Source: a virus
IMG/VR virus record: IMGVR_UViG_3300025870_000010
Location: 1-64,000 of that record
Direction: 5' to 3' (one strand)
DNA: 64,000 nt
The notes beneath the pieces are model-generated. The model searched no databases. It saw only the letters and a list, made by a program, of their open reading frames with translations, and was not told where the DNA came from. This document shows, piece after piece, positions 29,369 through 38,871 of the stretch. Numbering within the stretch: position 1 is the stretch's first letter; every line of letters starts with the position of its first letter. A program made the position numbers and the translations under genes.

Positions 29369-31048
29369 TTAAGCCCATCCACCATCAACTTTATCTTCTG
29401 CACCAAAAGTAAGGTACATTGTTTCTGGATGATGACCAGCTTCAACAATTTGGTATCTAGACTTCATTTGCATTTTCGGAGCCATAGTTCCTTCTGCAAT
29501 TGTTTCAACAGTATCAGCCATAACATAAGGCATGAATACAAGACCTGGTGTATTACCGTCTCCTTTTCTACCTAATGCAATTCTAACATCTTCCCAAGCC
29601 ATGTTCGGGTCAACATAAATTGCAATACCAGCTAATGTTCCTAATGGATACAATGCTCCAGGAACTTGGTTGATAGTATTAGCGATTGGGTAAGGAACGA
29701 ATCCAGCACAATCTTGGAATCCACTTGCAGCGTTTCCAGAACAAACTGCGAATGTAGCAGGTCCTCTTCTACCTCTTACAGAGATAATGTTAGAAGATGC
29801 AAGCATTCTAGACATTAAACGTCTTTGTCTTGTTCCTAAGTTTTCAGCACCAGTATTAGATGCATCAACTCCAGTTACTTCAAGTGTACTTGCAAAATAT
29901 TGCCAAGAACCTGTTAAAGCAAATCCAGCTGCAGCACCTGTTGTTTTATAAGTACCAACAGCACCACTATCTAAGATTAAGTGGTAGTTTTTACCAGAAA
30001 CAGCTTCAATGTTTTCGTGATTTGTTTTTCCTAATTCGAAAATCTTACTAAGAATATCTTTATTGATAACTTGTGTCATTTCGTTTGCTAAGAATTGGTT
30101 TGCTTGTGCAACCGCATCAATACCGAATTGTTTTAAATCCATTAATTGTTCTCTTGTTACTGCAGCAGCGGCTTGAACCGTTTTTGCTTCAATAGCTTTA
30201 GAGAATAATTGAAGGTTTCCAGTATTAGATTGAATAGCTTCACCTTGTTGTCTAGTCATTTTAGTAACTCCACCGAATTCAGAAACACCTTGATTAGTTG
30301 AGAAATCAACGATGTGGTCTTCTAAACCTTTAACTAATTCTGCTTTAGAAACAATATTAACTGCTCCACCACCGAATGTTGCTACAATCGGAGCTGCAGC
30401 ATTAGTTCCAGAAGGAATAAGAATTGCAATAGAGTTAGTTGATGTAGCGAATGTAGTAGGTACTTTAACAATTGTGTACCCATCAATTCTTGATTTTCCA
30501 AGAACCGTAAATACACCAGCATCACCAGCAATAGTAAACGTTGCACCGTCAACAACTAATGCTGAAGCCGCAAAATTAAATTTAACGTAAATTGGAGAAT
30601 TTGGTGTAACACCATTTGTTCCAGTAGCATATGGGTCAGCTATTGCAGCGTATCCATTCTTACCTCCACCGTAAACGAAATCCATATAAGATAACATTCC
30701 TACTGGTGAATTCATTGGAATAGTTGGAACTAATTCCAATCCAATAGTTTGTGCAGCAACTTGAATCGCTAAAGGTAAAAGTGAATAAGGTACATCACCA
30801 GAACCTTTAGTTCCTCCTGTCCAACCGTTTCCAGTTGAAGCTGGTAATTGTACAGCTCCCATACCATTTACAGAACCTGGTGTTGCGTAAAAGTTATTTT
30901 CATTTAATTCGCCACCAAGTCTTGCTTCGTAGTTTTCTTGTAATTGACAGATTGTAGCAACTAATTCTTTTTTAGATTTGTCTACACCCGTTCCAATTGT
31001 TTGTTCGATAACTGGTGACCAGTTTTCTAATAATTGATGTTTGTTCAT
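29369..31048 (-). CDS. gp23: major capsid protein (gp23)
   Basis: LLENWSPVIE, LELVPTIPMNSPVG, EQLMDLK, LANEMTQVINKDIL, RRGPATF, GLVFMPY, PKMQMKSRY; ATG 31048 preferred over TTG 31081. Confidence 0.95.
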   Translation of the reverse strand: MNKHQLLENWSPVIEQTIGTGVDKSKKELVATICQLQENYEARLGGELNENNFYATPGSVNGMGAVQLPASTGNGWTGGTKGSGDVPYSLLPLAIQVAAQTIGLELVPTIPMNSPVGMLSYMDFVYGGGKNGYAAIADPYATGTNGVTPNSPIYVKFNFAASALVVDGATFTIAGDAGVFTVLGKSRIDGYTIVKVPTTFATSTNSIAILIPSGTNAAAPIVATFGGGAVNIVSKAELVKGLEDHIVDFSTNQGVSEFGGVTKMTRQQGEAIQSNTGNLQLFSKAIEAKTVQAAAAVTREQLMDLKQFGIDAVAQANQFLANEMTQVINKDILSKIFELGKTNHENIEAVSGKNYHLILDSGAVGTYKTTGAAAGFALTGSWQYFASTLEVTGVDASNTGAENLGTRQRRLMSRMLASSNIISVRGRRGPATFAVCSGNAASGFQDCAGFVPYPIANTINQVPGALYPLGTLAGIAIYVDPNMAWEDVRIALGRKGDGNTPGLVFMPYVMADTVETIAEGTMAPKMQMKSRYQIVEAGHHPETMYLTFGAEDKVDGGWA

Positions 31049-31085
31049 TTTAACAACATTTTTTTTGTTTTTAAATTCCAATATT

Positions 31086-32729
31086 TTAAATCATTTTAAA
31101 TCCTCTTAACTTAGCAAGTCTTGCTTCCGTAAGTTGACTTTGAGATGGTTTTTGAATATTTTCCTTTTTTTCCTCTTTAATCAAATTTTCTTTTGTGAAC
31201 TCATTGTTCCAAAATGACTTGATTGCCGATTCATTAACGAAATTGAAAAGTGAAGCTCTTTTTTTAATTCTTAACTTTTCGCCTTCTTGTAAATCATTCC
31301 AAGTTTCTTTATACTTTGTAGGTATAAGTTGCATCCATAATGGAGACTCTTCTTTACCTTCGTTTAAATCAACATTTTGTGATTCGTTTAGAGATTTGTT
31401 GTCAGTTGCTCTTTGCTCCTTAGCTTCTAAGATATTCTCTAGCTTATTATATATACTCGTTTTAAAATCTTCGATTTTTGATTCGTTGATTTTTTGTTTA
31501 TTAACATTTAATCCTTTTGTATCAGAATTTTCTAACATCGATACAGATTCTGTAACGTGGTCGGTCCAATTTTCAATTGCACTAACTGATTCAGTTACAT
31601 GATTAGACCAAGATTCTACACCAGAAACAGTATCCGTTGCGTGGTCAGACCAATCTTCTAATGCACTTACAGTTTCCGTAACGTGTCCAGACCATTTTTC
31701 AACACCACTAATTGTATCAGTTGCGTGGTCAGACCATTCTTCTATTGCACTAACAGTTTCTGTTACGTGTTCAGTCCATTTAACCATTGATTCAAATTTA
31801 GCTTCTAAATCATTGTATTTTTCCTGTAAAGATTTGTTTTCTGAATTTCCATTAGATTCATTAACAGAATCAAATTCTTCTTTAACATGGTCAGCCCAAT
31901 TTTCTATTGCTGATAATTTTTCGTTTACTGATTCAAATTTTTGTTTGAATTCAGCATTACTGTACTCTTCTACGATGCCATCGTTTTGTTCAATAATACT
32001 TTCTTGAATTTCTTTCATGTCAGCAATTTCGGATTTAACCCCTTCTATCGCTTCTTTTGTAAAATCTGTGTATTTGTTGAACTCGCTTTCTTTGATAAAA
32101 TCCATTGTTTCTACTTGATTATTTTTAGTATTTAACTCTTTAATATCTTGCTTTATTTGTTTGCCTGTTTCATAGATTGCAAAATCACTAAATACGTCTA
32201 ATTCTGTATTTTCGTTTAGCATTCCAAAAGATTCATTTACACTACTCAATCTTGCATTTGCAAAACCTGGCGTATCAACTAAATCGTATGTAAATAATTT
32301 GTGAATCTTTACAGATTTATTTTCAGTAACAGTACCAGCAGCTCTTGATGATATGTGTAAAGGAATTCCAGCATCAACAATTGCCTTTGCTTGTTTACCA
32401 GCATCGGTGTCCAATAATTTGATTTTTCCCATTACTCTATTGTTTTCTTCATCCATCCAAATTTCTTCAATTTTATGAGACACATTTCTCAATGTAGTTT
32501 CAAATTGTTTTGGATGGTCTAATTCACCAACAGCCGTTCCACTTTCTACAACTTTTTTAAGTGCATTAAAATGTGGTTGGAATTCTTTTCTAGTATAAAC
32601 TCTACCATTTCTATTTTCAGAATCGAATTCTGTAAATACGCCTTCTAAAACATATTTATCGGAACCTTCTGCATTAGGAATAGGTTTTACTGAAAATTTT
32701 GATTTTTCTATTAATAAGTAATCTTTCAT
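31086..32729 (-). CDS. gp21: prohead protease (gp21) fused to a scaffold (gp22-like) domain
   Basis: LEGVF, NRNGRVY, GELDHP, VSHKI, ISSRAAG, TYDLVDTPGF, then an acidic coiled-coil with many LNE/VNE/INE sites. Confidence 0.9.
   Translation of the reverse strand: MKDYLLIEKSKFSVKPIPNAEGSDKYVLEGVFTEFDSENRNGRVYTRKEFQPHFNALKKVVESGTAVGELDHPKQFETTLRNVSHKIEEIWMDEENNRVMGKIKLLDTDAGKQAKAIVDAGIPLHISSRAAGTVTENKSVKIHKLFTYDLVDTPGFANARLSSVNESFGMLNENTELDVFSDFAIYETGKQIKQDIKELNTKNNQVETMDFIKESEFNKYTDFTKEAIEGVKSEIADMKEIQESIIEQNDGIVEEYSNAEFKQKFESVNEKLSAIENWADHVKEEFDSVNESNGNSENKSLQEKYNDLEAKFESMVKWTEHVTETVSAIEEWSDHATDTISGVEKWSGHVTETVSALEDWSDHATDTVSGVESWSNHVTESVSAIENWTDHVTESVSMLENSDTKGLNVNKQKINESKIEDFKTSIYNKLENILEAKEQRATDNKSLNESQNVDLNEGKEESPLWMQLIPTKYKETWNDLQEGEKLRIKKRASLFNFVNESAIKSFWNNEFTKENLIKEEKKENIQKPSQSQLTEARLAKLRGFKMI
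31542..31795 (-). repeat. six 14-aa (42-bp) imperfect repeats in the scaffold
   Basis: ESMVKWTEHVTETV, SAIEEWSDHATDTI, SGVEKWSGHVTETV, SALEDWSDHATDTV, SGVESWSNHVTESV, SAIENWTDHVTESV. Confidence 0.85.
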
Positions 32730-32787
32730 TTTCTTGAATTAATTTTGTTATAATTTATATTATTTAATCAAATTTATTTTTAACTTT

Positions 32788-34404
32788 CTAAATATCCATT
32801 TCTTCGGCATCTTCTTGCCCTTGTTCCATTTCCTTATCTTCTTTAGCTTTTAACTTTCTATTAAGTTTCAAGTCAGATTCGGATAATGTTGTAAGAAATT
32901 TTCTAACTAAAAATTCAGAACTAAAAAATCGTACTTCATTCCCTTCAGCATCAAAATCAATTAATGAATCTTTTGCTGTACTAATTAAATCTAATTCACT
33001 TTGTAGTAATTCAGTTTCTTTTAATTTTTCAAATATATCATATCTTGCCCAAGATAAATTTACTTTTGATTCGAATAGTGGGTCATCGGCCAATTCTTTA
33101 ATATCTCTTTTAGTTTGTAAAACTACCGGTCTGATAAGTATTTCTTGTATTTTACCTCTTAATCTATCAACAAATCTACTGAAATATATTTCTTCTCTAG
33201 TATATCCTTCTGCCGATGATTCGAATGTAGGTGATTCATCTTTTATAAATCGGTTTCTAGGAACTTTTGAAACTGAGATTAATTTATCAACGAAATATTT
33301 CAAAGATTCGGTATCTGATAAATCAGGACCATCATTTCCTATGTTTTCAATTTGAGGCGTTCCTTGATCTCCTTCTGGAATCCAATATTCTTTTGAAAAC
33401 GGCATCATTGATTTACCGTTTATTTTTAATTCTCCTGATTCATTATCAAAATCTACATTTTCTCTATATGATTGCATCAAAGAACCAAGAGTTTGTTTTG
33501 CCATTTGTTTAGATTTACCACCAACCGGTATAACAAACTTAGTTTTGTATGATGAATTTACAACTGCCCAGATAATTCTAGACTGTTCCATAATTCTTAA
33601 TAGATTAAAAGAACGTATCAATCTTTCCGTATAAGAAACTCTATTTTCATTATTAATTGCTGAGTAAGATAAAAATATAACTTGTGCATCAGACAATTCT
33701 CTTTTCTTTACAGCATCTAGTGGATATTGTACCCAACCTCTAGTACCATCTTCATAAATTTTAGGCGTTAATGATATTGGGTCTAATTCTTTAAATCCTA
33801 TAATATTAGTATTTGAATTATCCCAAATAATTTCGTATGCTAGGTATCCATCAATTAAAAATTTCTTAACAAAGTGCCAAGCCGTATTTTCATTCTTGAA
33901 TCCAAATAGATTATAAATTTTCTTGAAATTATCATTTAGGTTTTCTTTTATGATTTCAGAAAATTCTTCCTTCATATTTGGGTCCGATTCAAAATCAACT
34001 TGTGCAAAGTACCTATCCGTATTATAAACAACAATTTCATCTGTTAAGGTATCAAGAACCATTTCGATTTCATCTTGCATTGCATACCTTCTAAGTTGTT
34101 CTATTTTTCCTGGATAAGATTGGTCAAAAAATGGAATATTCTTTTTAGAATATACGTCAGAATACGAAAAATCATACAACTGATCCATGTTACTGTCATT
34201 TTGACCATATCGTAACATATTATTGTTGTCTTGCCAACCGATTTCGTTTTCAATAGAACCTATTGCTTCGGAATTAGATATAACACTATCTTTAAAATCA
34301 TATCCCCTTCCTGATAGTTTTCTAAGGGTTGTATTTCTAAATGTTTTGTTATTAACATTTGGATTGGTGCTGTTTACTCCGTTTCTATTAAATATAGATG
34401 CCAT
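32788..34404 (-). CDS. gp20: portal protein (gp20)
   Basis: FLIDG, FKELDP, SYTERLIRSFNLLRIME, KEYWIP, LISVSKVPRNRF, TREEIYFSRFVDRLR. Confidence 0.93.
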   Translation of the reverse strand: MASIFNRNGVNSTNPNVNNKTFRNTTLRKLSGRGYDFKDSVISNSEAIGSIENEIGWQDNNNMLRYGQNDSNMDQLYDFSYSDVYSKKNIPFFDQSYPGKIEQLRRYAMQDEIEMVLDTLTDEIVVYNTDRYFAQVDFESDPNMKEEFSEIIKENLNDNFKKIYNLFGFKNENTAWHFVKKFLIDGYLAYEIIWDNSNTNIIGFKELDPISLTPKIYEDGTRGWVQYPLDAVKKRELSDAQVIFLSYSAINNENRVSYTERLIRSFNLLRIMEQSRIIWAVVNSSYKTKFVIPVGGKSKQMAKQTLGSLMQSYRENVDFDNESGELKINGKSMMPFSKEYWIPEGDQGTPQIENIGNDGPDLSDTESLKYFVDKLISVSKVPRNRFIKDESPTFESSAEGYTREEIYFSRFVDRLRGKIQEILIRPVVLQTKRDIKELADDPLFESKVNLSWARYDIFEKLKETELLQSELDLISTAKDSLIDFDAEGNEVRFFSSEFLVRKFLTTLSESDLKLNRKLKAKEDKEMEQGQEDAEEMDI

Positions 34405-34431
34405 ATCGTTTTCTTTTGTTATATTATTTAA

Positions 34432-35040
34432 TTACTTAGAATTCTTTGATTTTATATATTCTTTAATCATTTCGTTATAGGATATACCTTCAAACTTTTC
34501 AATGGATAGGAATGCACAATCTACCCAACTATTGTAATTTATACAATATACTTTAGATTTTCTACTAGGAATATAAGTTCTTAATGCAAATTCGAATCCA
34601 TATTTAGAAAGTAAAGCCTTTACTGCGGCATACCTATACATAATTTGTGGTTGCTTTAATGCATTGTTTGATGCCCTACCATCTTTTTGTCTTTGAAAAA
34701 AACCACTATATGTTCTTTGTATCGTTTCTAAAATATACCATTTGTAAGGTGCAGGAATAAAATTTAAATTTAAACCTAGTTCATATCTCATTTTTTTCTT
34801 TTGTATAATACCTAAACTAAGAACTAACGGACTTTTATCGTAATAATCTAAGGTCTTTTTTCCTTTAGGATTATATTTAAATTGATTTATTTTACCAACT
34901 TGCATCATTTGATTTTCACAAAAAACTACAGTTGGGTCCATCGGATTGTTTTTTGCTTTTTTAAACCAATCGTCTGCATCGTCTTGTGCAACCTTTAATC
35001 CCTTTTTTGCTTTTATGCTAGTTATATCTTTTATTATCAT
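34432..35040 (-). CDS. DNA end protector (gp2-like)
   Basis: GKINQFKYNPKGKKTLDYYDKSPLVL, GLNLNFIP, ALRTY. Confidence 0.8.
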   Translation of the reverse strand: MIIKDITSIKAKKGLKVAQDDADDWFKKAKNNPMDPTVVFCENQMMQVGKINQFKYNPKGKKTLDYYDKSPLVLSLGIIQKKKMRYELGLNLNFIPAPYKWYILETIQRTYSGFFQRQKDGRASNNALKQPQIMYRYAAVKALLSKYGFEFALRTYIPSRKSKVYCINYNSWVDCAFLSIEKFEGISYNEMIKEYIKSKNSK

Positions 35041-35513
35041 TTATTCTTAAACCAATTTTCGTCAGCAACAAAAAATACCCAATCTTTTGTTTTACAAAAA
35101 GCAATTGCTGATTTGAACTTTGACTTATTTACTAAGTAGTGTTTCATCAGGTATTCGTAACTAGTCAATGCTTTCTTTGTTTTTCGTTTAGGTTTTGCCG
35201 GTGGTTGTTTATATTCTTGAGCTGGCTTAACTTCTACTAACCAGGTTTTACCGGTAGATAATTTTACTAAAAAGTCTGGATAGTAGTTCTTTATTCTATT
35301 TTCAATAGGACAATGATATTTTATTGCAACCGATTCAGATGCCCATTTTTCAACTTGTGGACTTCTTTCACACCAAATGCAAAATCTTTGTTCCCAAGAT
35401 GAACGATAAATAACTTTTTTAACAGCACCAATATACTTAACAGATTCAGATATGTTAAAATATCCTTGCTTTGTTCGTGCATTTTTAGTAGGTTTCAAGT
35501 TCTTGATGCTCAT
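35037..35513 (-). CDS. head completion nuclease (gp4-like, TnsA-type fold)
   Basis: KYIG, IYRSSWE, WASE, YYPDF, LVEVKP; start set at ATG 35513, just downstream of a late promoter. Confidence 0.85.
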   Translation of the reverse strand: MSIKNLKPTKNARTKQGYFNISESVKYIGAVKKVIYRSSWEQRFCIWCERSPQVEKWASESVAIKYHCPIENRIKNYYPDFLVKLSTGKTWLVEVKPAQEYKQPPAKPKRKTKKALTSYEYLMKHYLVNKSKFKSAIAFCKTKDWVFFVADENWFKNK

Positions 35514-35532
35514 ATAGTTATTTAATAGACAC

Positions 35533-35566
35533 AAAAAACCACTATTAAATTAATAATAGTGGTTTT
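35533..35566 (-). terminator. rho-independent terminator
   Basis: aaaaccactatta-aattaa-taatagtggtttt. Confidence 0.75.
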
Positions 35567-35619
35567 AATTATAAGGTTCAGGACTTATAAAGGTTAATTA
35601 TAAGGTTCAGGACTTATAA
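35565..35619. repeat. two 26-bp direct repeats (29-bp period), each internally palindromic
   Basis: ttaattataaggttcaggacttataa at 35565 and 35594. Confidence 0.85.
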
Positions 35620-36366
35620 TGAATGCATTCCATCACCATCAGTATTGTATCCAGAATCTATACTAAGTAACAATCCTTTTGATTTTTTAGGATATAATCT
35701 TTTCCATCCTTTTGCATATCCGTTTATACAAGATGAAGTAAAAAATGAGAATGGATTTGGGTCTTTAATTATTATTTGTTCTTTGTCAAAAATAGCAACA
35801 TCTCTTTGATTCTTTTTAACGATGAAATCTAATTTAATTCTATTGTAATTCGATGCATCTAAAAAGTATTCTTGTGTTTCTAGTTTTCCTTCATAAAAAT
35901 GATTTAACATTTCATCTTTAGTTGATTTTCTTAGAACTCTTAATTGTTTAGTTTCCGATAGGTATTCAAGGTCAATCAATTTCATTTTCTTGGATTTTAA
36001 ATCCTGTTCTACTTCTGCAATCAATAAGTCAATCGGATAGTTTTCTACTACGGTTGCAGCTGCAGTTCTAGGAGAACCTTTTTCTGGATTAACTCGTATT
36101 TCATCACCCTTTTTTAAATCAGCATATCCGTGAAAACGAGCAAAGTCCGGATCAAATTTTCTCCAGTTTTTAGCAAGGTCAAAATAAGCTTCTGATAAGG
36201 CATGTTGCTTATCATCCTCACATTTGTAATAAAGTTTTCTAATTGTTTTTTGGGCAAGTAACATCAACATTTTAGTACACCTACTAGTCAATTCATCCTG
36301 TTCTCTAGATTTGTAAATTTCTTCTAATAAGTCTTTCTTATTTAGGTAATTTTTACTTTTTGCCAT
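35614..36366 (-). CDS. gp55: late sigma factor (gp55-like) with an internal insertion
   Basis: NYLNKKDLLEEI, Y..EDDK..ALSEA, NWRKFDP...NPFSFFT. Confidence 0.75.
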   Translation of the reverse strand: MAKSKNYLNKKDLLEEIYKSREQDELTSRCTKMLMLLAQKTIRKLYYKCEDDKQHALSEAYFDLAKNWRKFDPDFARFHGYADLKKGDEIRVNPEKGSPRTAAATVVENYPIDLLIAEVEQDLKSKKMKLIDLEYLSETKQLRVLRKSTKDEMLNHFYEGKLETQEYFLDASNYNRIKLDFIVKKNQRDVAIFDKEQIIIKDPNPFSFFTSSCINGYAKGWKRLYPKKSKGLLLSIDSGYNTDGDGMHSL

Positions 36367-36440
36367 ATCTATAATTTTAAAAAAGGGAAACTGAATGTTT
36401 CCCTTATTAGTTAAATGTATTTTTTATACAATTTATTTTA

Positions 36441-38009
36441 TTATTTGAATAATGCGTAGATGGCAGGTCCTGGAATAAAGTCAGGTAACATATTATCTAA
36501 TTCTTCAGCAGAAATCAATTTCATTTTTTCTACCTTTTTGATGATATCAGGACTAAACAAACCTTGTCCTTTCTTTTCGGCAGCATTAGCTTTTTCCATT
36601 CTTGATGCGATATAGTTTCCTATTTTAGATTCCTTATGTTCATTTACTAATTGACCTAATTCTTCGTTCAACATTTCAAATGATTTGTCTAACTCTTCAC
36701 CCTCATCAAGTTTTTCAACTAAGGCTTTTTTAGTTTCAACTAAGAATGTAACTTCATCACTTTTCAAGATGTTTTCCATTTCTTGTAACTTAATGAATTC
36801 TTTTTCAACATTTGCTCTGTTTTCAACATTCAATTCATTGTACTTAGTAACTGCTTCATCTATTTTAGAATAAATTTCATCAGTCTTAGTCATATCAACT
36901 ACTCTTGAAATATCAAGGTTTTCAACTAAACTTTTAAATTCTAAAGAATCAACATTGATATGTAAACCTTCAAGAATGTTATTGAAATCTAAGTCATATT
37001 TCTTATTCAAAGATTCTGACAATTCTTGAACATCTTCGATATCTAAAGATTCTAAAACAAATCCTCTTGTTTTCTTATCGAATTTAGAAATTGAAACTTC
37101 GTTGTTTGACATTTTGAATATTTCAAAGTTTTCATTTACAGTTTCTACACTTTTAACAAAATCTAATTCTACAAATGTATTTGCATTTTCGAACATAAAT
37201 TCTACGATAGACCTTGTTTTAGTATCTGTGTAATTGATGAATCCTGAATTTTTCAATACTCTAGTCAATTGTTGTTTGTTTTCTATTTTACTTTCGTTGA
37301 TAGTAATTTCGTTTCCTTTTTCACTTGCAACTATTTGAATGTTTGCATTTTTTATGTTTGCTTCAAAAACATTATTACCTTTATAATTAAAGACCGTTAA
37401 AGCTCTTTGAGCAGCTGCAAATTCACTTGATACTTTACCGTTGAATCTTTCAACTTTAGTAATATCACTTGTTACAATATGATTTCCACTGTTAGATGAA
37501 AAAACAAATCCTTCTTCAACTTGCATAATAGGGGAAATTATAGAACTTCCGATAGATGCTTTTTCATTTTTTTGTACACCAAATTCTGCACTTTCAAAAG
37601 ATTCAACCATTCTTCTAACGTTTGGTTCATATTTGAACTTTGCTAATGAAGAGATACTTCCTTTAATTTCTGATTCTTCTAGTACAACCATTTCTTTTAT
37701 AGATTCTACAATAGGTGTATAAGTTGATACACCATCTAATTTGTTCATTATTCTTTCTAGTTCTAAACCGTATGTATTTTCATTTAAAAATGTTTCTACA
37801 TCTTCTAAGAAATTTTCAACAACAGAAACCCAGTCATATTGCTTTAATTGTTCTAGGTACAATTCAAATTTATTATTAGTAAAACCACTCTTTAAATCGT
37901 GAATTGCTTTGTTGCAAATACTTTGAGACTCCTCGTGCTCATTAAGACCGTTTGCTAAGTCAGCAAGTCTTTTGTATAATCCGAATTTTTCAATAACGTT
38001 AATTCTCAT
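36441..38009 (-). CDS. large late hypothetical protein, probably virion/head
   Basis: Late promoter at 38047-38055; many LNE/INE/VNE sites. Confidence 0.6.
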   Translation of the reverse strand: MRINVIEKFGLYKRLADLANGLNEHEESQSICNKAIHDLKSGFTNNKFELYLEQLKQYDWVSVVENFLEDVETFLNENTYGLELERIMNKLDGVSTYTPIVESIKEMVVLEESEIKGSISSLAKFKYEPNVRRMVESFESAEFGVQKNEKASIGSSIISPIMQVEEGFVFSSNSGNHIVTSDITKVERFNGKVSSEFAAAQRALTVFNYKGNNVFEANIKNANIQIVASEKGNEITINESKIENKQQLTRVLKNSGFINYTDTKTRSIVEFMFENANTFVELDFVKSVETVNENFEIFKMSNNEVSISKFDKKTRGFVLESLDIEDVQELSESLNKKYDLDFNNILEGLHINVDSLEFKSLVENLDISRVVDMTKTDEIYSKIDEAVTKYNELNVENRANVEKEFIKLQEMENILKSDEVTFLVETKKALVEKLDEGEELDKSFEMLNEELGQLVNEHKESKIGNYIASRMEKANAAEKKGQGLFSPDIIKKVEKMKLISAEELDNMLPDFIPGPAIYALFK

Positions 38010-38062
38010 TTTATTGTTCTTTATTTTTATTATTTACTTATTTACTTATTTAATCACATACT

Positions 38063-38860
38063 TTATGGGATATTTGGACTATTATTATTTCCAGTCGGCC
38101 ATATGTCCCTTTCTACTTCAATTTTGCGTCCAGCAGAATCTGTATTGTCTTTCTTATCAGATACTATGTAGATATTATTTAAAATGTTTTCCATTCTATC
38201 TCCAGCAAATAGTTCAGTATCAGTCTTGAATATAGGATAACTAGCCTGAACTTCTATCGGAAACGTTATTTGAATTTCTTTTTTATCTGATAATCCAAAT
38301 TGTACCATCCTTTCTTTATTTATATCAGATGGGATTGCAAAATAACAAGGAACTTTAACACTAAACACATCAACGTAATAATAAACGTTTTTATACATGT
38401 TTGAAAATATACCATTTATACATTTAAATATATCAACTATTGAATCTACGAATATAGTAACTTCGAAATCCATTTTGAAAGGAGCTTCCATAAATTCAGA
38501 GTTAAATTGTTTAACCTCTCCGTCATCTGTTTGTTTAAGGAAGTTTGCTCTTTTAAATTTATTAGTTAAATATTCTTCTTGTAAGGTTATTCCTGTTAAA
38601 TTCATTACAGCTCTAGGAAATTTTTCATACAATCCGGTTGCTTTACCATCTTTTTTTAATTCATCCGAATTTAAAAATATATCACTTAAAAATCTTTCAG
38701 AACCGGCAATCGTAAAATATGCGGGCACATCTACTTTTGTTTTTTTATTGTCAACAACATTGTTCCAAAATATTCTATCATCCAACGCGTGTAGAGTACC
38801 TACGATTATGTTCCTAAATAATACATCGTCTTTATTTTGATAGTTATTGTAAGTTTCCAT
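38063..38860 (-). CDS. tail sheath stabiliser/terminator (gp15-like)
   Basis: FRNIIVG, VPAYF..ERFL, FPRAV, APFKMDFEVTIFV. Confidence 0.75.
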   Translation of the reverse strand: METYNNYQNKDDVLFRNIIVGTLHALDDRIFWNNVVDNKKTKVDVPAYFTIAGSERFLSDIFLNSDELKKDGKATGLYEKFPRAVMNLTGITLQEEYLTNKFKRANFLKQTDDGEVKQFNSEFMEAPFKMDFEVTIFVDSIVDIFKCINGIFSNMYKNVYYYVDVFSVKVPCYFAIPSDINKERMVQFGLSDKKEIQITFPIEVQASYPIFKTDTELFAGDRMENILNNIYIVSDKKDNTDSAGRKIEVERDIWPTGNNNSPNIP

Positions 38861-38871
38861 AGTCTATTTAA

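Noticed and set aside
31542-31795. CRISPR or non-coding repeat array
   Set aside because: Degenerate at DNA level and conserved as a 14-aa protein repeat
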